Origin: Verrucomicrobiota bacterium
GTDB taxonomy: Bacteria > Verrucomicrobiota > Verrucomicrobiia > Opitutales > Coraliomargaritaceae
Assembly: GCA_009937095.1 (NCBI GenBank)
Contig: JAACDB010000025.1
Span: 7,961 to 71,960 of the forward strand
Direction of reading: 5' to 3'
Length of the DNA: 64,000 nucleotides
Both the position numbers and the translations under genes were made by a program. Positions 33,776 through 44,323 of this stretch are shown piece by piece (positions within the stretch are counted from its first letter, which is position 1; every line of letters begins with the position of its first letter). The notes below the pieces were generated by a model that saw only the letters and a list, made by a program, of their open reading frames with translations, had not been told where the DNA came from and made no database searches.

Positions 33776-35466
33776 TAAGACATGGGTAATTTAAAAGAAA
33801 AAACGGTACCCTCGGGCGAGGAACGTTCCAGATGGATGTCACCCCGGTGGGCACGCATGATTTGCTTGCTAATGGAAAGCCCAAGGCCCGTCCCTTCGGC
33901 GCGGTGCGTAAGGAAGGATTCAAAAATATTGGCTTGCGCCGCCTCGGGCATGCCGGGCCCATTGTCTTCAATACGAAAGACCGCTTCGCTACCAGCACTC
34001 TCTGCGAGAATACATATCCGACCCCCATCGGGCATGACCGCCACGGCATTCAAAATAAGATTCAAAATGACCTGTTGAATTTGTCCCTTATTTACCGCAA
34101 TCAACAAAGCTTGTGAACTCGGAGTGAATTCCACTTCGATCCGCATCTGTTCCAACTTTAAGCGTACCAAACGCAGTGTTTCTTCCGTTAATTGATTCAA
34201 ATCATAGTTCCCGCTCAAACCTTCCCGGGTTCTGCCAAAACCCAATACCCGCTCTACGATATCCTCCAGTTGACTCAGCTTTTCGCCGATCAGGACAACA
34301 TCTCGTTCCCTTTCATCTTCTGGTTCAAAACGCAGGTTCAAGGAATCGAAGAGAAGTTTGATCACCGTTAAAGGATTGCGAATTTCATGCGCGATTTCTG
34401 CCGCCAACATTCCTAGGGTGGTCAACTTTTCATTCTGCCGCATCGAATCCTCGGTCTCAAAAATACGGGCATAGAGCGAAGCATTCTGACAAACGATCGC
34501 TCCCAGTGCAGCGAGTGTTCCAAAAACCTTCCGCTCATCATTATTAAAACGATGCGGTTCATCCGTGAAGGCTGCGATCACACCTTTCACCTCGTCATCA
34601 TAGATCAGGGGTGTCGCCAGCATCGAGACCAAGCCTTCTCGTTGCACTACCTTTATAAAATCACTTTCCTCGGCATGGGAAATATTTTCCACTTCAGATA
34701 TTTTCCGGCGTCGTATCGACGAACCCATGACACTGTCTACCACCGCGACCGAACCACCGCTCTCAATCCAGCCCGATCGACCCGTCAGGGCACGCGCCTC
34801 CAAGGTTTCACCATCGTCGCTCAGCCAGAAGACCCCACAACTATGACAATCCAGAGTCTGCCGTCCCTGGGTTGCCAAACGTTGCAATATGCGCCCCAAA
34901 TCCATCTGTCCCGTAATCCGCCCCCCCAGATTAACCAGCGATTGCAGTTGGCTGGCCTTTGTTCGCAATTGTCGTATCAACCACAAACGGCTTACTACCC
35001 GACTCGCCTCAGCCGTTAACAGGCTCAGAATTTTAAGCGCCGAGGCGTCAAAGGCGTTCACTCTTTCGCTGTCCACTACGACCACGCCGATTACGGTGCC
35101 GCCGTCTTCCATGGGTACCGCAATCTCTGAGCGTATGTTCGGACGCACCGCAATATAACGTGGTTCCTCCCGCACATCGTGAACCACCTTGGCAATCCCG
35201 TGTAGGGCCACCCATCCGGTTATGCCTTGTCCCAGTTTCAGCACCAAGTTTTCCCAATCTTCTGGGATCCCGTGCGCTACTTCCAGTTCAAGGCGTTGCG
35301 TGTCACGGTTCAAAAGGCAGATTGATACCCCGCTGGGTTCTAATACCCGCACAATTTCATCCATGATAAGGCGCAAAGCCTCCTTAGGATCTTCCGTACC
35401 GGAGACCAGATTACTGATTCGGTAGAGTGAATCTATTCCCCTTTGCTCGCCCTCGCTTGCCTTCAT
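33775..35466 (-). CDS. cytoplasmic GAF-domain sensor histidine kinase
   Basis: Two GAF-like regions, the H-box AHEIRNPLT, and HATPase boxes ([21 protein letters not shown]). No TM segment and no adjacent response regulator. Confidence 0.88.
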   Translation of the reverse strand: MKASEGEQRGIDSLYRISNLVSGTEDPKEALRLIMDEIVRVLEPSGVSICLLNRDTQRLELEVAHGIPEDWENLVLKLGQGITGWVALHGIAKVVHDVREEPRYIAVRPNIRSEIAVPMEDGGTVIGVVVVDSERVNAFDASALKILSLLTAEASRVVSRLWLIRQLRTKASQLQSLVNLGGRITGQMDLGRILQRLATQGRQTLDCHSCGVFWLSDDGETLEARALTGRSGWIESGGSVAVVDSVMGSSIRRRKISEVENISHAEESDFIKVVQREGLVSMLATPLIYDDEVKGVIAAFTDEPHRFNNDERKVFGTLAALGAIVCQNASLYARIFETEDSMRQNEKLTTLGMLAAEIAHEIRNPLTVIKLLFDSLNLRFEPEDERERDVVLIGEKLSQLEDIVERVLGFGRTREGLSGNYDLNQLTEETLRLVRLKLEQMRIEVEFTPSSQALLIAVNKGQIQQVILNLILNAVAVMPDGGRICILAESAGSEAVFRIEDNGPGMPEAAQANIFESFLTHRAEGTGLGLSISKQIMRAHRGDIHLERSSPEGTVFSFKLPMS

Positions 35467-35506
35467 GGGACGTTAGTGTCCAGCTTTCCGCGTGGGGCGC
35501 AAGGCG

Positions 35507-38323
35507 TTATCCTGCGGACTCCGTCTCAATGATCGCTTCCAACTCGCTGCGCAATTCCAAGAGATTATCCGAGTCCACTTGTCCGGCAGCGGCACGATTT
35601 TCAATATAGAAGGTGTCCATCGCAACCCCTCGCTCAGTGGCAATCCGAGCAAAGGTAATATCGAAACCCTTGCTGTGAATTAAACGTGCTAAACGGTAGA
35701 GCAGGGCGAGGCGGTCGGTTGCCTGAACTTCAATGATGGTACGTTTCAGCGAGAGCTCATGGTACACATCCACCCGTGGCGGGAAGGGAGCGGGCAAAAG
35801 ATCCCGATTCTTCCGTATCTCCGCTTTGCGTACCTCTGTCTCCTTTAACTCGATCGCGTCTTGCAGACGCTTGCCCTCTACCAGGGAATCATGCAAGTGC
35901 TGACGGAAAATCTTTAGCGCTCGGGAATCACTTACCAAGCCGCCACCCGTGTCCATGATATAAAAAGTATCAATCGAGATGTGATCCTTTCGTGTGACTG
36001 CTTTCGTGCTCAGAATATTGACCCCTGCCAGCGTTAGCGCACCGGCCAATTTATAGAAAAGACCCGCCCGGTCCCAGGTTACCACATTGACAACCGTCAG
36101 GTTAAGATCGGGGTCGTCCCGCCAGTCAATCACGGGCATGAGGCTCCCAACCGATTCCGTGTTTTGAATCTGATCCATCAATTCGTGCGTCATGCGCATG
36201 TGTAGCGCGATTTCCTCTGCCTGAGGGTTGATGAAGTAACGCTCCGGCAAGAGGCTGAAATGCGCCTGCATTTCCTCCACGCTTAAACCTTCCGGCAAAT
36301 GGCTTAAAATTTCCTCGTGCAGCATGGCGATGCGTTCCTTTCGTTTGCGCTCAATGACGTCCTGGCCCTCGAAGGCCTCCAGGGTTCCGCGAAAAAGCTG
36401 TCTGTGCATGGTGTCTTTGTATCCATTCCAAAGCGTCGGAGCGGTTCCCCGCGCGTCGCAGTAGGTATGCACGAAGAGGTAGCGCAATTTCTGCGGATCT
36501 TCCATCTTTTCGGCAAAAGCACTGGCTGTTTTGGGGTCATCTAGGTCAAAACGTTGCCAGATTCGTGCCATTTCCAAATGATTGCGGATAATAAATAAAA
36601 TTACCTCCTGTTGCTGCGGGTCGATTTCAAAGCGATCCAGAATGGGTCGGGCTATTCGGGCGCCTGCAGTGTCGTGCCCCTTGACCCCTTCCGCCTTGCC
36701 AATGTCGTGCAGGAGCAAAATCAAATAAAGCAGAAGGGGATCATCATTTTGGCGCAGGGCACGCTCGTAGTTCGCGCTCACCTCATCCACCTTTTGAAAA
36801 ACACGATCCAAATATTTAATTGTACGCAACACGTGTTCGTCTGCGGTGTAACGGTGGTAATACTCATGCTGTACCCGACAGGTCAGTTGGCCAAATTCTG
36901 GCAGGTAACGCCCCAACACCCCGAGGTTGTGCATCTCTTTCAGGATCGGGTAGACCTCTCCCGCGCTTCTTAGAATACTACAAAAACTCTTCGCTGCCGA
37001 ACGACTCTGGATGAGACTGCCATCAATCAAGGGAATGGATCGTGACACCAGAAATTTTAATTCCGAATCCATCTCGGCTCCGAATTGTTGCAGGTAGCGG
37101 AAGATTCGAATCAAGCGAACCGGTGATTCCGAAAAAATCTTTTTCGACCCCGCACTGAAAACTCGATTCCGCAAGACAAAACCGTCTACCTTCTTTTGAA
37201 CCCCTTTTTGGTATGCCCGCAAGGCATCCCCGAAGCTAAAACGCGGACTCTCCCCATGCCCCCCGCCGGTACTCAGTGCCAAGCGTTCCTTTAATAATTC
37301 ACTCGTGTGGTAAATCGTCCGCGCCGCGGAGTAGTAATCCATCATAAAGGCCTCGACCCGCTCAAAAATATCTTCCTGCGAATAATTCAGCCCCTCAGCA
37401 ATTTGCGGCTGTTGCTCTAACTGCAACTTGTCCGTTGGGCGTTTGTTTTGCATGTGTAGCTCATTGCGTACCCGCAGGAGAAAATCGTAGGCGCGTTCCA
37501 TGGCAACCCGTTCATCCTGACGCAATAAGCGTACCTTTTGGATTTCCTTGAAATTCTCATAGCCAAACTTTACGTGCGCCATCCATAAAATATTTTGATA
37601 ATCCCGCAAGCCTCCGACCCCGTTCTTCACGTCCGGCTCCTGTAAGTATACCGTATGGCCCGATTTCCCGTGCCGTGCCTTCTCGGCAATTAAACGCTGC
37701 TTGATGTAATCCCGCGGATTTTCCGTTCGCACATATTTCATGAAACGGCTCCACATCTTTTCGTAGAGCGGCTCCGAACCACAGATGAAACGCGACTCCA
37801 AAATAGCATTCTTTGATTGGATTTCTGCTCGCGCTTCCGTCAGTACTTCGCGGGAATTGCGCGAGGCATGACCCACCTTCCAGCCAAAATCCCACAAAGG
37901 ATATAAAATTTCCTCTGTCAGGATTGCCTGAAAATCGTCAAAACGCTCCTTGTTGGAAATGCGGTCAGGGTAGAGGAACATGATATCGATATCACTGTGC
38001 GGGTTGAGTTCCGCCCGCCCATAGCCTCCGGTTGCCAGCACCGCCATCTTACACGGTAGGCGCCCCTTTTCCTTTGTGTAACGATTCAAGGCCGCCAAAA
38101 AAAGATTTTCGATAGCCACATCCACCATAGCGGTACGCGCCAGACAAATCTTCCGGCCGGATAAACCCTTCCGGTGATCCCGTGCCAGCATTTCATTTTC
38201 CAACTCCAGAAAACGCTTATAAGCAGGCAACTGCTCGCTCCGGGGCACGCCTGGATCGAAGGCCAGTCGCTTCTGTGCATGTTGATGAAGCCGGTTAAGG
38301 CTGGGTGATTCAATGGGTGGCAT
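35507..38323 (-). CDS. glnD: [protein-PII] uridylyltransferase/uridylyl-removing enzyme
   Basis: Nucleotidyltransferase motif GGYGRAELNPHSDIDIMFLY, HD domain (LLHDIGK) and two C-terminal ACT-like domains. Start at ATG 38323. Confidence 0.92.
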   Translation of the reverse strand: MPPIESPSLNRLHQHAQKRLAFDPGVPRSEQLPAYKRFLELENEMLARDHRKGLSGRKICLARTAMVDVAIENLFLAALNRYTKEKGRLPCKMAVLATGGYGRAELNPHSDIDIMFLYPDRISNKERFDDFQAILTEEILYPLWDFGWKVGHASRNSREVLTEARAEIQSKNAILESRFICGSEPLYEKMWSRFMKYVRTENPRDYIKQRLIAEKARHGKSGHTVYLQEPDVKNGVGGLRDYQNILWMAHVKFGYENFKEIQKVRLLRQDERVAMERAYDFLLRVRNELHMQNKRPTDKLQLEQQPQIAEGLNYSQEDIFERVEAFMMDYYSAARTIYHTSELLKERLALSTGGGHGESPRFSFGDALRAYQKGVQKKVDGFVLRNRVFSAGSKKIFSESPVRLIRIFRYLQQFGAEMDSELKFLVSRSIPLIDGSLIQSRSAAKSFCSILRSAGEVYPILKEMHNLGVLGRYLPEFGQLTCRVQHEYYHRYTADEHVLRTIKYLDRVFQKVDEVSANYERALRQNDDPLLLYLILLLHDIGKAEGVKGHDTAGARIARPILDRFEIDPQQQEVILFIIRNHLEMARIWQRFDLDDPKTASAFAEKMEDPQKLRYLFVHTYCDARGTAPTLWNGYKDTMHRQLFRGTLEAFEGQDVIERKRKERIAMLHEEILSHLPEGLSVEEMQAHFSLLPERYFINPQAEEIALHMRMTHELMDQIQNTESVGSLMPVIDWRDDPDLNLTVVNVVTWDRAGLFYKLAGALTLAGVNILSTKAVTRKDHISIDTFYIMDTGGGLVSDSRALKIFRQHLHDSLVEGKRLQDAIELKETEVRKAEIRKNRDLLPAPFPPRVDVYHELSLKRTIIEVQATDRLALLYRLARLIHSKGFDITFARIATERGVAMDTFYIENRAAAGQVDSDNLLELRSELEAIIETESAG

Positions 38324-38463
38324 AGATAATCCTTCATCTATCACAATACCACACCCCGCAAAACTCCATGCAAAAAACACGCTTTCGCTTTTGACCCCGC
38401 AAGCCTTTCAACCCATCTTCTCCATTCCAACATTCAATCATCACACCTCAACGCACACGAACT

Positions 38464-39009
38464 ATGCAAATCGCCGCCGACTCCGTCGTCTCCATCGATT
38501 ACACCCTCAAGAACGACGAGGGCACCATTATTGACCAATCCCAGCCCGGACAGCCCATGGATTACCTCCACGGCCACCGCAACATCATCCCCGGTCTCGA
38601 GAATGCCCTCCTTGGCAAATCTGTAGGCGAGGCAGTTGAGGTCCGTGTCGAACCCGCCGAAGGTTACGGCGAATTTAACCCCTCCCTTGAACAAGTTGTG
38701 CCCCGCGAACGCTTTCAGGGCGTCGAAAATCTTGAGGTCGGTATGCAATTCCAGGCCAGCACCGAGCAAGGACCTGTGTCTGTACGCATCAAAGCACTCG
38801 AAGGCGATGACGTCACCGTTGACGGAAACCATCCCCTGGCCGGACAACACTTGAATTTCTCAGTCACCGTACAAGGTGTTCGCGAAGCCACCGAAGAAGA
38901 GAAGGCCCACGGGCACATTCACCAAGGTGGCGGCGAAGGCGGTTGCTGCGGTGGTGGTGGCGGTGAAGGCCAAGGCGGTGGAGAAGGTGGCGGTTGCGGC
39001 TGCAACTAG
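38464..39009 (+). CDS. slyD: FKBP-type peptidyl-prolyl isomerase SlyD with a Gly/Cys/His-rich tail
   Basis: FKBP core with an IF insert (VSIDYTLKNDEG, DYLHGHRNIIPGLENALLGK, NHPLAGQ). The tail reads HGHIHQGGGEGGCCGGGGGEGQGGGEGGGCGCN. Confidence 0.88.
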   Translation: MQIAADSVVSIDYTLKNDEGTIIDQSQPGQPMDYLHGHRNIIPGLENALLGKSVGEAVEVRVEPAEGYGEFNPSLEQVVPRERFQGVENLEVGMQFQASTEQGPVSVRIKALEGDDVTVDGNHPLAGQHLNFSVTVQGVREATEEEKAHGHIHQGGGEGGCCGGGGGEGQGGGEGGGCGCN

Positions 39010-39139
39010 TTTTGCCGCGCACGCTGTCTACGAATCCATTCGCTTAATACAAAGCCGTTTGGCATAAAGATCATCCTTTTCCAGCTTTGAGCGGGGGAGG
39101 CTCATAGTGATCAGCCACACCAAGCAACACGGGCATGCT

Positions 39140-39940
39140 TTACGGAATGCGTATTTTTGAGGACCCCCCGACGCTACCGGCGGTGGCTCGGATTTCTTCG
39201 CTTCCGTTGCGGATTAGGATGGCACCCGGTTGAGTGAGCACGATTTCAACGGCACCTTGCTTCTGAACGACAGCAGATTCACCGTCTGCAAGGGTACCTT
39301 GATAAATAATTTTACGGTCTTCCACTTGCCGTGCTGCTACAAAAGAACTGCCCCCGTTTGCCACAATGGTGAATTCGGTCGTGCTGACGGGAACGGCAGG
39401 TTGGGCTTCAACGGTAGTGGTGGGTGCGGGCTCGGGATCAGCGCCAGAACCGATAATGGCTCGAACCAAACCAAAAAGAATAATCACCAGTGCCAGGGCT
39501 CCCGAGAGGATCAGGCCAATCTTTAGGTAGAAGGTTTTGTCGAGCTCGGCAGACGCAGTTTCCTCGGTGGCGGTTTCGCTTTCAGTCGAGGAAGTAGGAG
39601 ATTTTGTACGGATGGTGCCGTAAGATTGTTCCACAGTCGATTCGGCGTTTTCGCGGGTCTCCGAACTCCCAAACCATTCGGTGGCAGCGCGTTTGTTGCG
39701 CGACATCCCGAGGCGTTGGGTGTTGTAATCCGTAATGATTTTATCCGCATCGAGCTTGAGGTAGCGGGCGTAATTTTTAATAAAACCAGTGCGGTAAATC
39801 TCGGGCAAATCGAAGTCGAAATTATTCTGTTCGAGATAGCTGAGATAGTCGCTGCGAATCTTGGTAACCTCAGCGGCTTCACGCAAGGAGATGCCCTTGC
39901 GCTTGCGTGCTTCTTCTAGTCGTTCACCAATGGTTTGCAT
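39140..39940 (-). CDS. rodZ: RodZ-like cytoskeleton protein (HTH, TM segment, C-terminal beta domain)
   Basis: N-terminal XRE-type HTH IGERLEEARKRKGISLREAAEVTKIRSDYLSYLEQNNFD, one TM segment (IGLILSGALALVIILFGLV) and a C-terminal DUF4115-like region. Start at ATG 39940. Confidence 0.75.
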   Translation of the reverse strand: MQTIGERLEEARKRKGISLREAAEVTKIRSDYLSYLEQNNFDFDLPEIYRTGFIKNYARYLKLDADKIITDYNTQRLGMSRNKRAATEWFGSSETRENAESTVEQSYGTIRTKSPTSSTESETATEETASAELDKTFYLKIGLILSGALALVIILFGLVRAIIGSGADPEPAPTTTVEAQPAVPVSTTEFTIVANGGSSFVAARQVEDRKIIYQGTLADGESAVVQKQGAVEIVLTQPGAILIRNGSEEIRATAGSVGGSSKIRIP

Positions 39941-40000
39941 GAATGATGCATTTTTGGTGTGCTTTGGCGTAGACCGCAAGCACGAATACGTCCTTAAGTT

Positions 40001-40897
40001 TCAACCCTTCAGTTGGATGCAAAGGTCTGCCCATTCGCCATCCGCACGGGAATCAACCCTGAACTTGCCCTGAAAGCGCGATGTGCAGGCCTTTTCAAAG
40101 TGTTCGCGCACCGTTTCAATTTCGCGGGTGAGGATTCCGCTCAGAGCGAGGGTCGCACCCGGACGTAGCGCCTGAAGGAGATTTTCAGCTGCGGGCATCA
40201 GAACATCCGCTTGAATATTGGCGAGGAGGAGGTCGGCTTGTCCGGCATGCAGGCCGCTTTCAAGATCTGCCACGGTATAGTCCAGCGCGGGGAGATGCGG
40301 GTTTTCGCGGATGTTGTTTTGGCAGACCGTGATAACTTCGGGGTCGTTATCGAAGGCCCCGATGTGTTTGAAACCAAGGGCTGCGGCAGAGAGGGCAAGC
40401 ACCCCGGAACCACAACCGGCATCGACGATTTGCGCGCTTTCACAGGTTGTGGGTCGGGATTCGAGAAAATCAATCAGGCGACCCGCACAAAGACGGGTGG
40501 TCTCGTGACTTCCGGTACCAAAGGCCATACCCGCTTCGAGGTATACCACTGCCGCCCCGGCAGGCGGCTGGGTGGTCTCGCGCTCCCAGAGCGGAATCCA
40601 ATGTAATTGGCGGTCGCTCCAGGGTTTAACAAATTCTTTATAGGCATTTTGCCAGTCCACATCGGCAATTTCCTGCAATTCAAAATCCTCAGGCAATTGG
40701 GGAAAGGCCAAGCGCAACTCCGCAAGGGCGGCATCAGCGGTATCCGCATCCGGAAAGAACCCAAACAGTTCATAGGGATCGTGCCGTTCCTTTTGTAGGA
40801 TGCCCCAGGGCGGCGAATCGAGTTCGTAGCAATGCGCGTCGAGTGCCTCGGCGAGTTCAGCGGATACAACCGCACGGAGTTCCCATTGGGTGCTCAT
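40001..40897 (-). CDS. prmA: ribosomal protein L11 methyltransferase
   Basis: Motifs [12 protein letters not shown] and [12 protein letters not shown]. Start at ATG 40897, directly after the purN stop. Confidence 0.9.
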   Translation of the reverse strand: MSTQWELRAVVSAELAEALDAHCYELDSPPWGILQKERHDPYELFGFFPDADTADAALAELRLAFPQLPEDFELQEIADVDWQNAYKEFVKPWSDRQLHWIPLWERETTQPPAGAAVVYLEAGMAFGTGSHETTRLCAGRLIDFLESRPTTCESAQIVDAGCGSGVLALSAAALGFKHIGAFDNDPEVITVCQNNIRENPHLPALDYTVADLESGLHAGQADLLLANIQADVLMPAAENLLQALRPGATLALSGILTREIETVREHFEKACTSRFQGKFRVDSRADGEWADLCIQLKG

Positions 40898-40898
40898 G

Positions 40899-41492
40899 CT
40901 AGGGCAGGGGGATCTCGCCGCGACTAAGGCCAGCCACCACTTCTGGGAGGAGTTGATGCTCGGCGGCGTGAATCTTTTTTTCAAGCAGGGCAAGCGTATC
41001 AGAATTTTCGATACGGATGGCTTTTTGCTCAATGACAGGACCGGCATCAAGCTGTGGAGTGACCCAGTGCACGGTGCATCCCGTGACCTTGACCCCGTAC
41101 TCAAAGGCATCGCGAATGCCGTGTGCGCCTTTAAAGCTGGGAAGGAGGCTGGGGTGTAGGTTGAGCACGCAGCCCTTGAAGGCTTCAATAAAACGGGGGC
41201 CGATAATGCGCATGAATCCCGCCAAAACAATCAGTCGGGGAGAGAAGGCCTGAATGCGTTCGATATAGGCCGCTTCCGCCTCGGGGCTCAAACGTGCGCC
41301 CCCTTGTCCGGGATTCACGTAAATCGCGGGAACCGAAAAGCGGGTGCCCAATTCAAGAATGCCCGCCTCGGGTTGATCGCTTACCAGAGCGGCGATCTGC
41401 GCCCCACCGAGTTTCCTGTTTTGCTCGGACTTCAAGAGGGCTTCGGCATTACTGCCGCGTCCGGATCCTAAAATGACGATGGGGAATGACAT
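40899..41492 (-). CDS. purN: phosphoribosylglycinamide formyltransferase
   Basis: Motifs [20 protein letters not shown] and [12 protein letters not shown]. Start at ATG 41492. Confidence 0.92.
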   Translation of the reverse strand: MSFPIVILGSGRGSNAEALLKSEQNRKLGGAQIAALVSDQPEAGILELGTRFSVPAIYVNPGQGGARLSPEAEAAYIERIQAFSPRLIVLAGFMRIIGPRFIEAFKGCVLNLHPSLLPSFKGAHGIRDAFEYGVKVTGCTVHWVTPQLDAGPVIEQKAIRIENSDTLALLEKKIHAAEHQLLPEVVAGLSRGEIPLP

Positions 41493-41506
41493 AACGGTGC
41501 GCTGGG

Positions 41507-42652
41507 TTAGCGAAAGAATTTCTTGGCTTTTTCGATGAAGGATTTGCATACCGGATTGGCGGGATCGCCACAGGCCTCGGCGTAGTCCTCGAGCTTCTGG
41601 CTTTGCTCCTTGTTGAGTTTGATAGGCACCTCAACGTGCACACGAATAAGGAGGTCGCCTTTTCCGCTTCCGCGCAGATGCGGCATCCCGTGGTTGCGCA
41701 GGCGGAAGGTGGTGCCGCTTTGAGTGCCGGCAGGAATTTTCAGGGTTCCTTTTTCAAAGAGAGTGGGCACTTGAATGGACCCTCCGAGGGCCGCGAGGGT
41801 ATATTTGATCGGGATTTCGCAAAAGAGGTCGTCTTCATGGCGTTCGAATAGTTCGTGCTCCGCAATGTGGATCATGATGTAGAGATCCCCGGACTGACCG
41901 CCCATGTGCCCGGCCTCGCCTTTCCCGGCCGAGCGGAGTTTCGCGCCGGTGTAAACGCCGGCAGGAATTCGAATCTTCACGGTACTGCGTTCCATTTCGC
42001 GCCCCTCGCCGCGGCATGACCCACAGGGCTTCTCAATCTTTTGCCCCGCTCCATGACAGGTCGGGCAGGGTTGACGGAAACTAATAAAGCCACGGTTTGA
42101 GCTCACTTGTCCGGCTCCCCCGCAGGTAGAGCAGGTTACTTTCTTTGAACCCGGCTCCGCGCCGGAACCGCTGCAGTTTTTACAGGCCACCGCGCGGTTG
42201 TAGCGAATTTCTTTCTCCGTACCTTCCGCTGCTTGCTCCAAACTAATCTCAAGATCGTAGCGGAGGTCCGCGCCGTGTTGCGCACCACCGGAACTGCGCC
42301 CGCCGCCGCCGAAGAGATCCTCAAAGATGCCTCCGCCTCCACCGCCAAAGGCTTCGCGGAACATATCAAAGGGGTCGTGGAATCCACCGCCGCCTGCGCC
42401 GCCTGCAGCGTTACCCATTCCGCCTGCTTTAAAGGCGTCATGTCCGTAACGGTCATAGGCCGCCCGCTTGTCGGCGTCCTTTAAAACTTCGTAGGCTTCC
42501 GAAACTTCCTTAAACTTGGCCTCCGCTTCCGCATCGCCCGGGTTCTTGTCCGGATGGTATTTCACCGCCAACTTGCGGTAGGCTTTTTTCAAAGCGTCAC
42601 TGTCCGCATCGCGGCGGACTCCCAAAAGTTGGTAATAATCGACTTTAGACAT
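41507..42652 (-). CDS. dnaJ: molecular chaperone DnaJ
   Basis: J-domain [10 protein letters not shown]-rich region and four CxxCxGxG zinc motifs. Confidence 0.97.
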   Translation of the reverse strand: MSKVDYYQLLGVRRDADSDALKKAYRKLAVKYHPDKNPGDAEAEAKFKEVSEAYEVLKDADKRAAYDRYGHDAFKAGGMGNAAGGAGGGGFHDPFDMFREAFGGGGGGIFEDLFGGGGRSSGGAQHGADLRYDLEISLEQAAEGTEKEIRYNRAVACKNCSGSGAEPGSKKVTCSTCGGAGQVSSNRGFISFRQPCPTCHGAGQKIEKPCGSCRGEGREMERSTVKIRIPAGVYTGAKLRSAGKGEAGHMGGQSGDLYIMIHIAEHELFERHEDDLFCEIPIKYTLAALGGSIQVPTLFEKGTLKIPAGTQSGTTFRLRNHGMPHLRGSGKGDLLIRVHVEVPIKLNKEQSQKLEDYAEACGDPANPVCKSFIEKAKKFFR

Positions 42653-42672
42653 GCTTAGGTGTCGGAAAAGGA

Positions 42673-43227
42673 TTAGGCCTCCACCTCGGCGGGGCCGCTG
42701 GAAACAATGACGTTGGCGGCGCGCAGGAGTCGTTCATTCAGGCGGTAACCGGAACGGGTGGTGGATATAACGTGATCCTCGGGCACCGTTTCGGAGGGTT
42801 GTTGAGCGATACACTCGTGGAGGTTCGGGTCAAAGGGCTCGCCATCGGGAGCCAGTTCTTCGGCGCCTTGCTCTGCGAGGTTGCGGCGCAGTTGTTCGTC
42901 GACCATCTTGAAGCCCTCGGTGACGTCCTTGGCTTCGGGGTGTTGTTCGGCGGCTTGCAGGCCAAGCTTCAAATTGTCGAGCACCGGCAATAGGGATTCA
43001 ATCACGGCAGCAGAGGCCGAGCGCAGGATCTCGCTCTTCTCACGGGCCATGCGTTTGCGGTAATTTTCGAGGTCGGCAACCGAGCGCAGGTAACGGGATT
43101 TCATCTCCTCAGCCTGAGCTTGGGCTTGCTCCAGTTCAGACAATTCGGGCTTGGTTTCGGGCGCGTCGGCGCTCCCGTTTTCCGGTTGGTCGACGGTTTC
43201 GTTGGATTCTTCAGGCGTATTAGTCAT
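42673..43227 (-). CDS. grpE: nucleotide exchange factor GrpE
   Basis: Coiled-coil region [14 protein letters not shown] and a conserved C-terminal beta domain. It sits upstream of dnaJ. Confidence 0.93.
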   Translation of the reverse strand: MTNTPEESNETVDQPENGSADAPETKPELSELEQAQAQAEEMKSRYLRSVADLENYRKRMAREKSEILRSASAAVIESLLPVLDNLKLGLQAAEQHPEAKDVTEGFKMVDEQLRRNLAEQGAEELAPDGEPFDPNLHECIAQQPSETVPEDHVISTTRSGYRLNERLLRAANVIVSSGPAEVEA

Positions 43228-43241
43228 TGCGAAAAGGGACT

Positions 43242-43270
43242 AACATGCGCAATTGCGCACGAAATTCAAG
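43242..43270 (-). promoter_or_regulatory. candidate heat-shock promoter/operator upstream of grpE
   Basis: The minus strand reads CTTGAA-N14-GCGCATGTT, which is sigma-32-like. A perfect 14-bp palindrome TGCGCAATTGCGCA (43246-43259) overlaps the spacer and -10, 19 nt upstream of the grpE ATG. Confidence 0.3.
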
Positions 43271-43287
43271 AGCGCTTATCGCACGGG

Positions 43288-44232
43288 CTAAAATCGATCG
43301 GTCACCAGAAGTACCGCATCTGAGGTAGCCATGAGCCGGCAGTCGGCTTGGTAGGGCTGTAAATAATTGCCCCCGATTTCGAGGGAAGCACCGCTGTGCT
43401 TATCCTGAACTTCGCCCGAAACCAAGTGGAGGAGGCGGGCTGTCTGGCCCGCAGGGAGATCGAGCCCGTCCCCGGCGGCCCATTCAAATTTGCGGATGCG
43501 AAACTCGGCGCAATCAGCAAGCACTTGTTCGCCCGTTTGCTGACGAAGCGGTCCCGGCTCATAATCCTCGAAATCAATCGATTGCAAGGATTCCTCGATA
43601 TGAAGCTGGCGCGCTTGCCCGTCCAGACCTACCCGACCCCAATCGTAGACCCGGTAGGTCGTATCGGAGTTTTGTTGAATCTCGAGAATGAGATTGCCGC
43701 CGTCAATGGCGTGCAGGCGACCGCTTTCTACTAAAATGGAGTCCCCAGACTGCACGGGGAAGCGATGGACACAGTCCTCTGCGGAGTGGTCGCGGAGGGC
43801 GGCTTCAAATTGTTCGCGGGTAACGCCGTTTTTGAGGCCCACGATTAGGGACGCCTCCGGCGCGGCGTGGGCGACATACCAATTTTCCGTTTTTGGTTCG
43901 CCGCCGAGGGCGGGTGCTATCGCGGCAGGAGGATGCACCTGTAGGCTCAGGCGTTGCTGACAATCCAGCCATTTCACCAGGATCGGGAAGGGGCGGGAGC
44001 CGTCTGCGCCCGGCCCGAGGATTGCCTCGGCGTGTTCGCTCAGGATTTCACGCAGGCTTTGCCCGGCGAATTCCCCCGATGCCACAATCGATTGAGCCTC
44101 CTCGCGATCGACGATTTCCCAGCTTTCACCAATCACCTGATCTTGTGGTAATGTGCGCTTGAGGTGTTGTGCCAATCCGCGGCCTCCCCAAACTCGTTCC
44201 ATATATAGCGGTTTAAAATGCAACAGTTCCAT
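43288..44232 (-). CDS. manA: class I mannose-6-phosphate isomerase
   Basis: Cupin-type PMI motifs ERVWGG, GESWE and LSLQVHP. 314 aa. Confidence 0.82.
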   Translation of the reverse strand: MELLHFKPLYMERVWGGRGLAQHLKRTLPQDQVIGESWEIVDREEAQSIVASGEFAGQSLREILSEHAEAILGPGADGSRPFPILVKWLDCQQRLSLQVHPPAAIAPALGGEPKTENWYVAHAAPEASLIVGLKNGVTREQFEAALRDHSAEDCVHRFPVQSGDSILVESGRLHAIDGGNLILEIQQNSDTTYRVYDWGRVGLDGQARQLHIEESLQSIDFEDYEPGPLRQQTGEQVLADCAEFRIRKFEWAAGDGLDLPAGQTARLLHLVSGEVQDKHSGASLEIGGNYLQPYQADCRLMATSDAVLLVTDRF

Positions 44233-44323
44233 CTCTTCTGGGATGTAGCTTCTTGCCGTTTATGGCGAGCTTGAATCGAATCTTGTTTTCCTTCTCGGGA
44301 GGCTTAGTTTCTCTCTTCATTCA

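Noticed and set aside
41507-43287. A CIRCE/HrcA operator at grpE-dnaJ
   Set aside because: I scanned the grpE upstream gap and the grpE-dnaJ junction by eye and found no TTAGCACTC-N9-GAGTGCTAA-like sequence.
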